Source: Terriglobia bacterium (GTDB lineage Bacteria; Acidobacteriota; Terriglobia; JAJPHL01; JAPKYU01). From it: DNA of 64,000 nt. Below are positions 1-9,179 of this stretch, in pieces (within the stretch, counting starts at the first letter, position 1; each line of letters starts with the position of its first letter). The notes under the pieces were generated by a model. The model was not told the DNA's origin, ran no database searches, and was given only the letters and a program-made list of their open reading frames with translations. The stretch is from positions 128,001 to 192,000 of the forward strand of contig CBDBKE010000004.1 in NCBI GenBank assembly GCA_965206645.1, written 5' to 3'. The position numbers and the translations under genes were made by a program.

Positions 1-597
1 TTGCTGCCGGTGCAGGTCAAGCGGCGACCGGTGGCCGCCCTGTACGCCGACTCAGGCAAGGCCGGCCGGTCGCTGGACTTGATGGCTCTGGATCTGCTGG
101 CGCGGATGACCGGGATGTGCCTGGAGCTTTCCGTGGCGCGTGGGCGACCCGCGCCGGCCGAGGCCCCCGCGGCAGCCGAAGCCATAGCCGAGGCGGAGCC
201 CGCCCCGGCTCCTGCCATGGCCCAGCCCGTGGCTGCCCCAGCCCCGGAACCGGCGCCTATGGCACCGGCCGCCGCGGCACCAACTGCAGCTGGTCCTAAC
301 TATGACAACATCCCAAAGGGCGAACACCCTATCCACAAGAAGGCATTTCGTTTCGCCAAGCTGTTGGTGGATGACCTGGTCCTGTACAACAAGGACAAGA
401 TCGAGCAAGGGCGTTCGCAGCGCGACATCTACAGCGTCATCAAGGATGACATAGACAAGAGCCGTGCCGCCTACGAGAAGAAATACAGCAGCACCCCTGC
501 CGGCAAGGTGGACTACTTCCACCAGGAGATGCTGCGGCGCATCGCAGGCGAAGACCCCGGTGTGCTGGGGGGTGAGTATCCCGGCCCTCTGGGTTGA
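1..597 (+). CDS. 5'-partial protein: GAF-like tail, Pro/Ala linker and C-terminal RomX-like helical domain
   Basis: ORF is open at the window edge. LPVQVKRRPVAALYAD resembles the end of a GAF domain, followed by an Ala/Pro/Glu-rich linker. The C-terminal KAFRFAKLLVDDLVLYNKDKIEQG...IDKSRAAY resembles Myxococcus RomX as recalled (not searched). Confidence 0.6.
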   Translation: MLPVQVKRRPVAALYADSGKAGRSLDLMALDLLARMTGMCLELSVARGRPAPAEAPAAAEAIAEAEPAPAPAMAQPVAAPAPEPAPMAPAAAAPTAAGPNYDNIPKGEHPIHKKAFRFAKLLVDDLVLYNKDKIEQGRSQRDIYSVIKDDIDKSRAAYEKKYSSTPAGKVDYFHQEMLRRIAGEDPGVLGGEYPGPLG

Positions 598-622
598 AGG
601 CAGTGCACTTCCGCGGGCCTCG

Positions 623-2974
623 ATGAGTTGGTTTCAACGGTCATTTGCCCTCTTCCTCGGTTGCTTCCTCCTGCTGCTTGTAGGCCTCGGGTTGGTGCTG
701 GAGCCGCCGCCAGCAGACGCGGCCCAGCGCGCGCGGCGTAAGGGATCAGCGAGCCCCGCGAAGAAGAAGACCCGGACGCGGCCCCAGTCCACACTTGCCG
801 GCACCGGGATCCGGCCGCACGCCAACCCGCTGCTCGCCGACCCGGTGATGAGCCGGCTTCGGACAGTCAGCCAGGGTTTCCTGGATTCGTCCACCCCCGA
901 TGCTCGGCGAGCGCTGCTGCGCTTCGCCTCCAAGCATGCCAACCACCCGGCCGGTGCCCTGGCCTACTTGGCGCTCGGCTACCGCGCCATTCAGGAAGGG
1001 GAACTTGAGGATGCCGTGCTCGTTCTGCGCGGCGGCCGGAACCTCGTCTCGCCGGTGCGAGACTATCTGGACTACTACCTGGGGCGCGCGCTGCTGCAGT
1101 TGGGGCGACATCAGGAAGCTCTCCAGGTGTGGAACCGCTTCCGGCAGCGACACCCGAATAGCTCGCTGCGGGCGCGGGCGGCGGCGGCACAAGCCGAAAC
1201 CCTAATCGAGGCCGCGCAGCCTGCCGCCGCGGTCCAGTTTCTCAAGGCGTCGGGGCCAGACCTGAATCGGCCGCAGGCGGACCTGCTGCTGGGCCGGGCG
1301 TATGCCGCGGCGGGCAACGGGCGCGCCGCCATCGAGGCGTACCGCCAGGCCTACTACCTTTATCCGGCCTCGCAGGAGGCCAAACAGGCCGAGCAGGAAA
1401 TCCAGCGGCTGCGACGGCAGGTCAAGGGTAAAATTCCTGCGGCACGGGTGGCCCTGCGCAAGCAACGGGCGCAGCGGCTGTTTGAGGCGCGGCAGTTCCG
1501 TGCAGCGCAAGAAGCCTACCGGCAGCTGGCCAACGTGGTCTCGGGGGCCGAACGCGAGTCCGCGCTGGTCCGGGCCGCGACTGCCGCCTTCCGAGGCCGA
1601 AGGACACGGACGGCTTGCGCCTCGCTCCCTCGGCTGCGACCGGCCAGCGCTTCGGTTGCCGCCGAACGCCTCTATTACCTCGGAGAGTGCCACCGCCGGC
1701 GGCGGCAGACGTCGGCTTTCCGCCAGACAGTGAGCCGCCTGGGCCGCGAGTTTCCTGATTCTCCCTGGCACGGGAAGGCGCTGTTTTCCGCAGGGAACTT
1801 CTATTTCCTGAGGCGCGACGAAGCCCTCTACGAGAGCTACTATCGAACACTCTACCAGAAGTTCTCATCCGGGAAGGATGCAGAGCGGGCGCACTGGCAG
1901 GTGGCCTGGAAGCACTACCGGTCCGGACGTTTTGAGTCGGCGCGGCGGCTGCTGGAGCAGCAGGTCCTGCGCTTCCCGAACAGCACGACGGTGGCGGCCG
2001 CGCTGTACTGGCTTGGACGCCTTGCCGAGAACCAGCAACCCGCGGTCGCCCTGGCCTACTTCCGCAAAGCCAGCGAGAATTTCCCGCAGTATTTTTACGG
2101 CACGATGGCGAGGCGGAGGCTAAGCGATAGGTCCGCCGCGGCTGGCTGGGGCGGCGGCTGGGTGGTACCGGCGAATGCCGTGCCCAGCAACGTAGCCGGA
2201 GTGCTGGCTGCGGTGCCCACCTACCGGCCAGACCCCATTGGAATAGGGTTGCCGGCGGAATTCCTGGCGCGCCGGCTTCGAGCCCAGGCGTTGGAGGCTG
2301 CTTGGCTGCTTGATCTGGCGGCCCTGGAGTTGCGATCCGAGGCGGACGATGCCACCGCGTCCCGGCACCTGCAGCTAGACCTGGCCCGCCTGGAACACAA
2401 CCGAGGCAGGTTCTTACACGCCATCCGGCATTTTCGCAAGGCATTCCCCAACTACCTCGCCTATGCCCCGGAAGAGCTGGGAAGGAAGGAGTGGGAGCTG
2501 GTTTTTCCGCTGCCCTGGTGGCCGCTGGTCGAGGCGGGGGCCGAACGGCGCGGTCTAGACCCATATCTGGTGGCGGCCCTCATCCGGCAGGAGTCGGCTT
2601 TCCAGCCGCGGGCCGTCTCGCGGGCCGGCGCCCGCGGCCTGATGCAACTGCTGCCTTCCACCGCCCGGCTCGTGGCCCGCAAGATGGGCAAGCCGCGGCC
2701 GAGCCGAACGCGGTTGTTCGATCCACAGACCAACGTCGAGCTGGGCATGCAGTATCTCTCCCAGGTGCTTCAGCGCTATGACGGGCGCCTGGAGGCGGCC
2801 CTGGCCAGCTACAATGCCGGCCCAGGCCGGGTGGACGCCTGGCTGGCCCGGGGGGGCTACCGCGATCCGGCCGAATTCATCGAGAGCATCCCCTTCACCG
2901 AAACACGCAACTACGTTAAGGCGGTCCTCCGCAACGTTGCCGTCTACCGCCGTCTCTATGCCCGCGGGCGATAG
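623..2974 (+). CDS. TPR-containing soluble lytic transglycosylase (Slt70-like)
   Basis: ATG at 623 followed by a hydrophobic signal/anchor and TPR-like helical repeats. C-terminal SLT motifs: IRQES (catalytic Glu), AVSRAGARGLMQL, SYNAGPG, ETRNYV. Confidence 0.9.
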   Translation: MSWFQRSFALFLGCFLLLLVGLGLVLEPPPADAAQRARRKGSASPAKKKTRTRPQSTLAGTGIRPHANPLLADPVMSRLRTVSQGFLDSSTPDARRALLRFASKHANHPAGALAYLALGYRAIQEGELEDAVLVLRGGRNLVSPVRDYLDYYLGRALLQLGRHQEALQVWNRFRQRHPNSSLRARAAAAQAETLIEAAQPAAAVQFLKASGPDLNRPQADLLLGRAYAAAGNGRAAIEAYRQAYYLYPASQEAKQAEQEIQRLRRQVKGKIPAARVALRKQRAQRLFEARQFRAAQEAYRQLANVVSGAERESALVRAATAAFRGRRTRTACASLPRLRPASASVAAERLYYLGECHRRRRQTSAFRQTVSRLGREFPDSPWHGKALFSAGNFYFLRRDEALYESYYRTLYQKFSSGKDAERAHWQVAWKHYRSGRFESARRLLEQQVLRFPNSTTVAAALYWLGRLAENQQPAVALAYFRKASENFPQYFYGTMARRRLSDRSAAAGWGGGWVVPANAVPSNVAGVLAAVPTYRPDPIGIGLPAEFLARRLRAQALEAAWLLDLAALELRSEADDATASRHLQLDLARLEHNRGRFLHAIRHFRKAFPNYLAYAPEELGRKEWELVFPLPWWPLVEAGAERRGLDPYLVAALIRQESAFQPRAVSRAGARGLMQLLPSTARLVARKMGKPRPSRTRLFDPQTNVELGMQYLSQVLQRYDGRLEAALASYNAGPGRVDAWLARGGYRDPAEFIESIPFTETRNYVKAVLRNVAVYRRLYARGR

Positions 2975-3057
2975 ATCGCTCCGCGCCCACTAGCGGCAGG
3001 CTCCCGCCTGCTAGAAGAGACTTCATTCGTTCTCACATGTTGTCTAACCTAGGACCG

Positions 3058-4266
3058 ATGCAGCAGGGATTGGAACGCGCGGTGATCTCCCACAAGGCGA
3101 GTCAGTTCACCGAGTCGGTCATCCGCGAGATGACGCGGCTGGCAATGCGTTACGGCGCGGTCAACATGGCCCAGGGGTTCCCCGACTTTCCCGCCCCGCG
3201 CGAGCTCAAGGAAGCGGCCAAGCGTGCCATTGACGCTGACATCAATCAGTACGCGATCACTTGGGGCGCGCGCTCGATGCGCGAGGCGGTGGCGGCCAAG
3301 GCACAGCGCTTCCTTGGCAGGGGGGGCGGCAAGGGGGGCCTTGAGAACGGCCTGAAGGTGGATCCGGAAACGGAGGTCACCATCACCTGCGGCTGCACGG
3401 AGGCCATGATCGCCTCGCTGCTGGCGATCGTGGATCCAGGCGAGGAGGTAGTGATCTTTGAGCCCTTCTACGAGAACTACGGCCCGGACGCCATCCTGTC
3501 AGGCGCCGTGCCGCGCTTTGTGAATCTGCGCCCGCCCGACTGGACCTTCGACGAGGGGGAGTTGCGCACCGCCTTCAGCAACCGCACCCGGGCCATCATC
3601 CTGAACACCCCTAACAACCCCACCGGCAAGGTATTCCCCAGGGAAGAGCTGGAGGTGATTGCGCGGTTGTGCTGCGAGTGGAATGTGGTGGCCCTCACGG
3701 ACGAGATCTACGAGCACATCGTCTACGGCCCCCGCCCCCACCTATCCATGGCTACCCTGGACGGCATGCGCGAGCGCACGGTCATCATCAGCGGCATTGG
3801 CAAGACCTACAGTGTCACCGGCTGGCGAGTGGGCTGGGCCATTGCCGCCCCGGCGCTCACCGCTGGCATCCGCAAGGTGCACGACTTCCTCACGGTGGGC
3901 GCCGCCGCGCCCTTGCAGGAGGCCGGCGCCGTGGCCTGTGCCTTACCCGACGAATATTACCAGCGCCTGGCCGCAGACTACCGCGCTCGCCGCGACCTGC
4001 TGCTGCCGCATCTCGAAGCCGCCGGCTTCCTCTGCTACCCGCCCGAGGGCGCCTACTACGTCATGACCGACATCGGCCGCTTCGGCTTCGCAAGTGACGT
4101 GGAATTTACTGACTACCTGGTGCGCGAAATCGGCATCGCGGTCGTGCCGGGCTCCAGCTTCTATCGCGACCCGGCCGCCGGCCGCCAGCAGGTGCGCTTC
4201 GCCTTCTGCAAGCGAAATGAAACCCTGGAGGAAGCCGGCCGCCGCTTGCAGCGCCTTCGCCCCTAA
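3058..4266 (+). CDS. PLP-dependent aminotransferase class I/II (methionine/glutamine aminotransferase-like)
   Basis: Motifs NMAQGFPDF, NTPNNPTG, TDEIYE, GIGKTYSVTGWRVGW (PLP lysine) and VRFAFCK. Start could be 3037, 3058 or 3082. Confidence 0.9.
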   Translation: MQQGLERAVISHKASQFTESVIREMTRLAMRYGAVNMAQGFPDFPAPRELKEAAKRAIDADINQYAITWGARSMREAVAAKAQRFLGRGGGKGGLENGLKVDPETEVTITCGCTEAMIASLLAIVDPGEEVVIFEPFYENYGPDAILSGAVPRFVNLRPPDWTFDEGELRTAFSNRTRAIILNTPNNPTGKVFPREELEVIARLCCEWNVVALTDEIYEHIVYGPRPHLSMATLDGMRERTVIISGIGKTYSVTGWRVGWAIAAPALTAGIRKVHDFLTVGAAAPLQEAGAVACALPDEYYQRLAADYRARRDLLLPHLEAAGFLCYPPEGAYYVMTDIGRFGFASDVEFTDYLVREIGIAVVPGSSFYRDPAAGRQQVRFAFCKRNETLEEAGRRLQRLRP

Positions 4267-4400
4267 CAGGGTACTGAAAAACTGATTTTGTGGACCGCTT
4301 GCTTAGGCGCGCGGCTCGGTAACCGCGGGGGAATCAATCGGGCTGATTCAGAGCCGCGACCATTAGCGAGCGGTTTCCCGGGTTTTCAGCACTCCGCTAG
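4263..4400. repeat. REP/MITE-like palindromic intergenic element (copy 1)
   Basis: Outer imperfect inverted repeat: CTAACAGGGTACTGAAAA (4263-4280) versus the reverse complement of 4383-4400, 14/18 identical. Inner inverted arms at 4292-4317 and 4351-4374. The 4292-4317 arm matches the reverse complement of 26466-26491 at 24/26. Confidence 0.6.
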
Positions 4401-4443
4401 GCGCTGTTGTCTAGGGGAGGGATCGAACCGTCGCCTAGCGAGC

Positions 4444-4746
4444 TTACTTCCAGCGGCGTTTGATGTCGGCAGAGAAAGCTTCATACTCGCGCACCGGCAC
4501 GATCTCCTCAATCTCCAGGTAGTGCGCCATGGGGAGCTTGGCCATCAGAATCTGGTCTAGTTCATCATGCGACTCCACGTTCACGATGGCCAGTATGCGC
4601 CGTTGCCCAGACACCTTGTAGAGCGCAACGATCTTGCCGGCGGCTTTGGCCTTCAGGCTCGCTACATTCTCCTCTTCCCAGATGTCCCACAACTGATCTA
4701 GCGACAGCTCTTTTGGCTCAACGCGTACTTTGACGAAGAACAGCAT
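4444..4746 (-). CDS. Muconolactone delta-isomerase family protein
   Basis: About 100 aa with the pattern MLFFVKVRV...GKIVALYKVSGQRRILAIVNVESHDELDQILMAKLPM, typical of the CatC/MIase fold. GGAG RBS upstream. Confidence 0.65.
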   Translation of the reverse strand: MLFFVKVRVEPKELSLDQLWDIWEEENVASLKAKAAGKIVALYKVSGQRRILAIVNVESHDELDQILMAKLPMAHYLEIEEIVPVREYEAFSADIKRRWK

Positions 4747-4773
4747 CAATCATCTCCTCATGAGGTTTTAGGG

Positions 4774-5421
4774 CTAGCAACACTTGGATCCCGAAAGCAA
4801 GGAGCCGCCCACCAGTCGGCGATAGCTGTCCGGGGTGTCAATGTTGGCGAGGATGCCGGCGTCATGGACCGGCAACTCGCGCGCAGCGTGGCGCCGCACC
4901 ACCGCGCGCGCGCCTTCCTCCAGCGACGCGGCCAGCAGTTCGGCAAACAATCGAGCCGAGAAGATTACCGGATGACCGCGGCGGCCGTCAAAGATGGGGA
5001 CCAGCACCTCGGGTTGCTCGGCGGCAAAGGTCTCGAGCAGCGCCGCTACCACCTCGGGCTCCACCGCGGGATGGTCCACCGGGGCGACCAGCAACCCCGA
5101 GAAGGCGCTGGCCTCGAGCGCCCGAATGGCGGACTGCAGCGAGGAGAGCTGGCCCAGCCGGTAGTTCGGGTTGAGCAGCACACGCACCTGGGGCGGCAAA
5201 TGCAGGGCCGCGCGGATTCGGTCTACATCGTGACCCAGCACCACCAGCAGAGGCTCCACTCGGCCCTGCAGCAGGTTCACCAGGTGTTCCAGGAACGTTG
5301 TGCCGCGATACGGCAGCAGCGCCTTGGGGGAGCCCATGCGAGAGGACTCGCCGGCAGAAAGGATCACGCCGGCGAGTGGCCGCTTCGGTTCGGTGGAGGC
5401 TGAACCCGGCTGGGACGCCAT
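4774..5421 (-). CDS. MocA-like molybdenum cofactor nucleotidyltransferase (NTP_transf_3)
   Basis: Motifs ILSAGESSRMGSPKALL, GQLSSL, PVDHP, GRRGHPV and NIDTPDSY. Adjacent to xdhC. Confidence 0.85.
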   Translation of the reverse strand: MASQPGSASTEPKRPLAGVILSAGESSRMGSPKALLPYRGTTFLEHLVNLLQGRVEPLLVVLGHDVDRIRAALHLPPQVRVLLNPNYRLGQLSSLQSAIRALEASAFSGLLVAPVDHPAVEPEVVAALLETFAAEQPEVLVPIFDGRRGHPVIFSARLFAELLAASLEEGARAVVRRHAARELPVHDAGILANIDTPDSYRRLVGGSLLSGSKCC

Positions 5422-5436
5422 GGCAGGGCGGTCCGC

Positions 5437-6249
5437 CTAACTGGCGGCGAAGATGGACTTGGTGACCGGCTGGGAAATCTGAGCGCCCCGGCGCGCGGCG
5501 ATCATCTCGGCGACCACGCTGACGGCGATCTCTTCGGGAGAAATGGCGCCGATCTCCAGGCCCATGGGCGAGTGGAGACGCTCCAGTTGCTGGCGCGGCA
5601 GACCTTCCTTCTCCAGCGTCTTCAGCACCTCGATGGCCTTGCGCTTGCTGCCGATCATGCCGATGTAGCGCGCCGGCGTGCTCACTGCCCAGCGCAACAC
5701 ACGCATGTCGTCCTTGTGCCCGCGGGTGACGATGACCAGGTGCGAGGAATCGTTGACTGGCAGCTTGGGGAACACGTCCTCAAACTCCGCGGCATGGATT
5801 TCGTCAGCCTCGGGGAAACGCTCGCGGTTCGCGAACTGCTCGCGGTTGTCCACCACCACGGTGCAGAAGCCGGCCAGCGAGGCTATCTTGGAGAGGCTCA
5901 GCGAAACGTGGCCGGCGCCGAAGATGTAGGCCGTCTGGACCGGCAGGATGGCCTCGATGAAGACGTCCAGTTGACCGCCGCAGATCAGGCCGTTGTCGTA
6001 GAGGGCCTCGCCTGCCAGGTTGAAGGACATCTTGCGCGGCTTCTCGGTTTCGATCACCTCGCGCGCCGCGTTCCAGACCTCAGCTTCCACGCAGCCGCCG
6101 CCGACCGTGCCCAGCATGCTGCCGTCCTCGCGCACCAGCAGCTTGGCGCTCTCGTGGCTGGGGATGGAGCCGCGGACGGCGACGATCGTGGCCAGGGCTG
6201 CCTTCTGCCCGACCCGCCGCAGACGTACGAGTTCTTCCAGCAGGTCCAT
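5437..6249 (-). CDS. xdhC: XdhC/CoxI family molybdoenzyme accessory protein
   Basis: Motifs GTVGGGCVEAEV, GLICGG, FGAGHV, VTRGHKDD, YIGMIGSKRK and SPMGLEIGAISPEEIAVS. Confidence 0.88.
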   Translation of the reverse strand: MDLLEELVRLRRVGQKAALATIVAVRGSIPSHESAKLLVREDGSMLGTVGGGCVEAEVWNAAREVIETEKPRKMSFNLAGEALYDNGLICGGQLDVFIEAILPVQTAYIFGAGHVSLSLSKIASLAGFCTVVVDNREQFANRERFPEADEIHAAEFEDVFPKLPVNDSSHLVIVTRGHKDDMRVLRWAVSTPARYIGMIGSKRKAIEVLKTLEKEGLPRQQLERLHSPMGLEIGAISPEEIAVSVVAEMIAARRGAQISQPVTKSIFAAS

Positions 6250-6361
6250 CGGGAGTTATGTTAACACGATTGAAACCCTGGTAAGAGACCGATCATTTTC
6301 TAAGGGAATAATGTGATATTCATCACTCATATCCAACAACGGCGCGCAGGACACCGGTAGA

Positions 6362-7054
6362 ATGTTTCGAGTCTTAATCATTGACAACGACGTCCCGGTG
6401 CTAAATTTGATCAGCGAAGTTCTCACTTCACTGGAAGTGGAGACCCGGCCTGTCAGCGACACTCGGCAGGCGTCCGTCTTGGTCCAACGGGAGAAGTTTG
6501 ACAGCATTTTTCTCGAGATGTTGATGCCCGAGGTCGATGGCCTAGCGCTGACCCGCCAGATCCGCCAATCTTCCTGGAACCGACTCACCCCCGTGGTCAT
6601 CATCACCAGATCAACAGAGCAACAATCGATGAAATTGGCGTTTGAGGCCGGGGCAACCTTTTTTTTCGCCAAGCCTGTCGATAAGCAAAAGCTGACCCAG
6701 CTATTCAACTCCGTTCAAGGGGCCATGCTGGGTGAGCGCCGCCGGGTGCAGCGCGTGCCCCTGGAAACAGAAGTGGATTGCCTATTGGGCCCGCGCAAGA
6801 TCACAGGCAGAACCCTTAACATCAGCCAGGACGGAATTCTTTTCGAAGCCGAGGGTGCGCCCCCGCCCGGTAGCGAGATTCGGTTGTTGTTCCGCCTGCC
6901 TAACCTCCCGCAGACGATTGCACCGATTGAAGCCGAGGGAGTCGTGATCCGATTGGGCAGCCAACACCGTGTTGGGGTCCGCTTCACTCGCTTGAGCCCG
7001 GAAGACCGCCAGCGTATCGGAAGCTTCGTCCTGCGCCAGTCTGACAAGGCTTGA
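6362..7054 (+). CDS. Receiver (REC)-PilZ domain protein with atypical phospho-site
   Basis: REC fold: VLIIDND, SIFLEMLMPEVDG, AKPVD. PilZ motifs: RRVQR (RxxxR) and NISQDG (D/NxSxxG). Confidence 0.85.
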   Translation: MFRVLIIDNDVPVLNLISEVLTSLEVETRPVSDTRQASVLVQREKFDSIFLEMLMPEVDGLALTRQIRQSSWNRLTPVVIITRSTEQQSMKLAFEAGATFFFAKPVDKQKLTQLFNSVQGAMLGERRRVQRVPLETEVDCLLGPRKITGRTLNISQDGILFEAEGAPPPGSEIRLLFRLPNLPQTIAPIEAEGVVIRLGSQHRVGVRFTRLSPEDRQRIGSFVLRQSDKA

Positions 7055-7133
7055 ATTGTCTCTGGATGCCTTGGACCGCCCTGGACGCTATCACCCGCCC
7101 GCTATGGCAGATTGAAGCTCTGCCGGGGAAACG

Positions 7134-8162
7134 ATGAAGGCTGTACGATTTCACGAGCATGGCGGGCCGGAGGTGCTGCGCTACGAAGATGCGCCGGAGC
7201 CGGCCGCGCCGCCCGGCGAGGTGCTGGTGCGCGTGCGCGCTTGCGCCATGAACCACCTCGATCTGTGGCTGCGCCGCGGACTGCCCGGCCGCCCGATGTC
7301 GCTGCCGCGCATTGTGGGTAGCGACATCGCCGGGGAAGTCGTCCGGGTGGGTGAAGGCGTCAGCAAGGTCGCTCCCGGCGATCGCGTCCTGATTGCCCCT
7401 GGCCATAGTTGCGGCCTTTGCCAGGCTTGTCTGCAAGGCCGCGACAATCTCTGCCGCCAGTACTCGATCTTCGGCATTGTGCGCGATGGTGGCTACGCCG
7501 AGCTGGTCACGGCCCCGGAGGTGAACGCCATCCCGATCCCGGACGATTTCTCGTTTGACGAGGCCTCCGCCGTGCCGCTCGTGTTTCTCACTGCTTGGCA
7601 CATGCTGCTCGCCCGCGCGCAGCTGCGCGCGGGCGAGGAGGTGCTGGTGCTGGGCGCGGGAAGCGGTGTGGGCAGCGCTGCTGTGCAGATCGCCATGCTG
7701 TTCCAGGCCCGCGTGATCGCCACCGCCGGCACCGAGGCGAAGCTCGCCAAGGCCCGCGAACTCGGCGCCAACGAGGTGATCAATCACGGCACGCAGGATT
7801 TTTACCAGGAAGTGAAACGGCTCACCCAGAAGCGGGGTGTGGACGTGGTCTTCGAGCACGTGGGCGCCGCCACTTGGGAGAAGAGCATGATGTGCCTGGC
7901 GCCCGGCGGGCGGCTGGTCACCTGCGGCGCCACCACCGGCGCCGACGTGCGCGTCGATCTTCGCTACCTGTTTGCTCGCCAGCTCTCCTTATTAGGTTCT
8001 TTCATGGGCAGCAAGGCGGAGTTGCTGGAAGTGCTGCCGTTCCTGTTCCGGCGCCAGCTCAAGCCAGTGATTGACTGCCGCTTTCCGCTGGCCGAAGCCC
8101 AGGCAGCTCACCGGCGCATGGAGCAGCGCGAGCTGTTCGGCAAAATTCTGCTACACCCCTAA
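7134..8162 (+). CDS. Zinc-binding MDR-family dehydrogenase/quinone oxidoreductase
   Basis: N-terminus MKAVRFHEHGGPEVL, NHLD, structural Zn cysteines CGLCQAC...C, and GAGSGVG nucleotide-binding motif. Confidence 0.9.
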   Translation: MKAVRFHEHGGPEVLRYEDAPEPAAPPGEVLVRVRACAMNHLDLWLRRGLPGRPMSLPRIVGSDIAGEVVRVGEGVSKVAPGDRVLIAPGHSCGLCQACLQGRDNLCRQYSIFGIVRDGGYAELVTAPEVNAIPIPDDFSFDEASAVPLVFLTAWHMLLARAQLRAGEEVLVLGAGSGVGSAAVQIAMLFQARVIATAGTEAKLAKARELGANEVINHGTQDFYQEVKRLTQKRGVDVVFEHVGAATWEKSMMCLAPGGRLVTCGATTGADVRVDLRYLFARQLSLLGSFMGSKAELLEVLPFLFRRQLKPVIDCRFPLAEAQAAHRRMEQRELFGKILLHP

Positions 8163-8186
8163 GCTGTTTCCCGATAGAATCATAAC

Positions 8187-8690
8187 GTGGGCACACTGCA
8201 AAGCGGCGATCAGGGCTGGGAAGGCGTCCTCACCACCACAATGGACAAGGTGGTCAACTGGGGGCGCAAGTCTTCGATCTGGCCGATGACTTTCGGCCTG
8301 GCCTGTTGCGCCATCGAGATGATGTCGATGAGCGCCGCCCGCTTTGATATCGCCCGCTTCGGCGCCGAGGTGTTCCGTGCCTCGCCCCGCCAGGCCGACC
8401 TGATGATTATCGCCGGCCGCGTCTCGCAAAAGATGGCGCCCGTCATCCGCCACCTTTACGAGCAGATGCCTGAGCCCAAGTGGGTGATCTCGATGGGGGC
8501 CTGCGCCACCTCCGGCGGCGTGTTCAACAACTACGCTCTGGTGCAGGGAGTCAACCAGGTCATCCCGGTGGACGTCTACGTGCCCGGCTGCCCGCCCCGG
8601 CCCGAGCAGTTGATCTACGCCATCACGCTGCTGCAAAAAAAGATCGAAGCCGAGCGCGGCTCCTTCAAAAAAGCGTTGAATCTGGCCTGA
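8187..8690 (+). CDS. nuoB: NADH-quinone oxidoreductase subunit B
   Basis: Motifs [25 protein letters not shown] and [12 protein letters not shown] (N2 cluster ligands). Confidence 0.93.
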   Translation: MGTLQSGDQGWEGVLTTTMDKVVNWGRKSSIWPMTFGLACCAIEMMSMSAARFDIARFGAEVFRASPRQADLMIIAGRVSQKMAPVIRHLYEQMPEPKWVISMGACATSGGVFNNYALVQGVNQVIPVDVYVPGCPPRPEQLIYAITLLQKKIEAERGSFKKALNLA

Positions 8691-8693
8691 ACG

Positions 8694-9164
8694 ATGAGCG
8701 CCAGCGACCCCGATGCCGCCGGGGTGATCGCTCTCCCTCCTGTCATTTACGTCGCGTTCCTGGGGATCGAGGTCGCGCTCGATCTCCTGTTTCCCCTCCC
8801 GCTGTTGCCAGACAGTGTTCAGTACAGGGCCGGTTTTGTGGTAATTGCCGGCAGCGGCTGCATCATGCCTTTTGTCCTTCTCCAATTCCACAGGGCGGGG
8901 ACGAATTTCGATCCGCGCAAGGCGACTACCGCGTTAATCAGCGGCGGTCCCTATCGGTTCTCGCGCAACCCGTCCTACGTCTCGTTGAGTCTTTTGTACG
9001 TGGGCGTCGGTATCGCGGCCGACAGCATCTGGATCCTGGGGTTGCTCGCCCCGACTCTGACCGTCATGCACTACGGGGTGATCTTGCGCGAGGAGCGTTA
9101 CCTGGAAAACAAGTTCGGCGAGGAATACCTGCGCTACAAGCGCGCAGTCCGCCGCTGGATCTAG
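8694..9164 (+). CDS. Isoprenylcysteine carboxyl methyltransferase/PEMT family membrane protein
   Basis: GPYRFSRNPSY and REERYLENKFGEEYLRYKRAVRRWI motifs, with several TM segments. Confidence 0.82.
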   Translation: MSASDPDAAGVIALPPVIYVAFLGIEVALDLLFPLPLLPDSVQYRAGFVVIAGSGCIMPFVLLQFHRAGTNFDPRKATTALISGGPYRFSRNPSYVSLSLLYVGVGIAADSIWILGLLAPTLTVMHYGVILREERYLENKFGEEYLRYKRAVRRWI

Positions 9165-9179
9165 GAATTGTTGGGTGAT

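Noticed and set aside
464-622. N-terminal extension of the Slt ORF
   Set aside because: It overlaps the upstream gene, and ATG 623 directly precedes the signal/anchor sequence.
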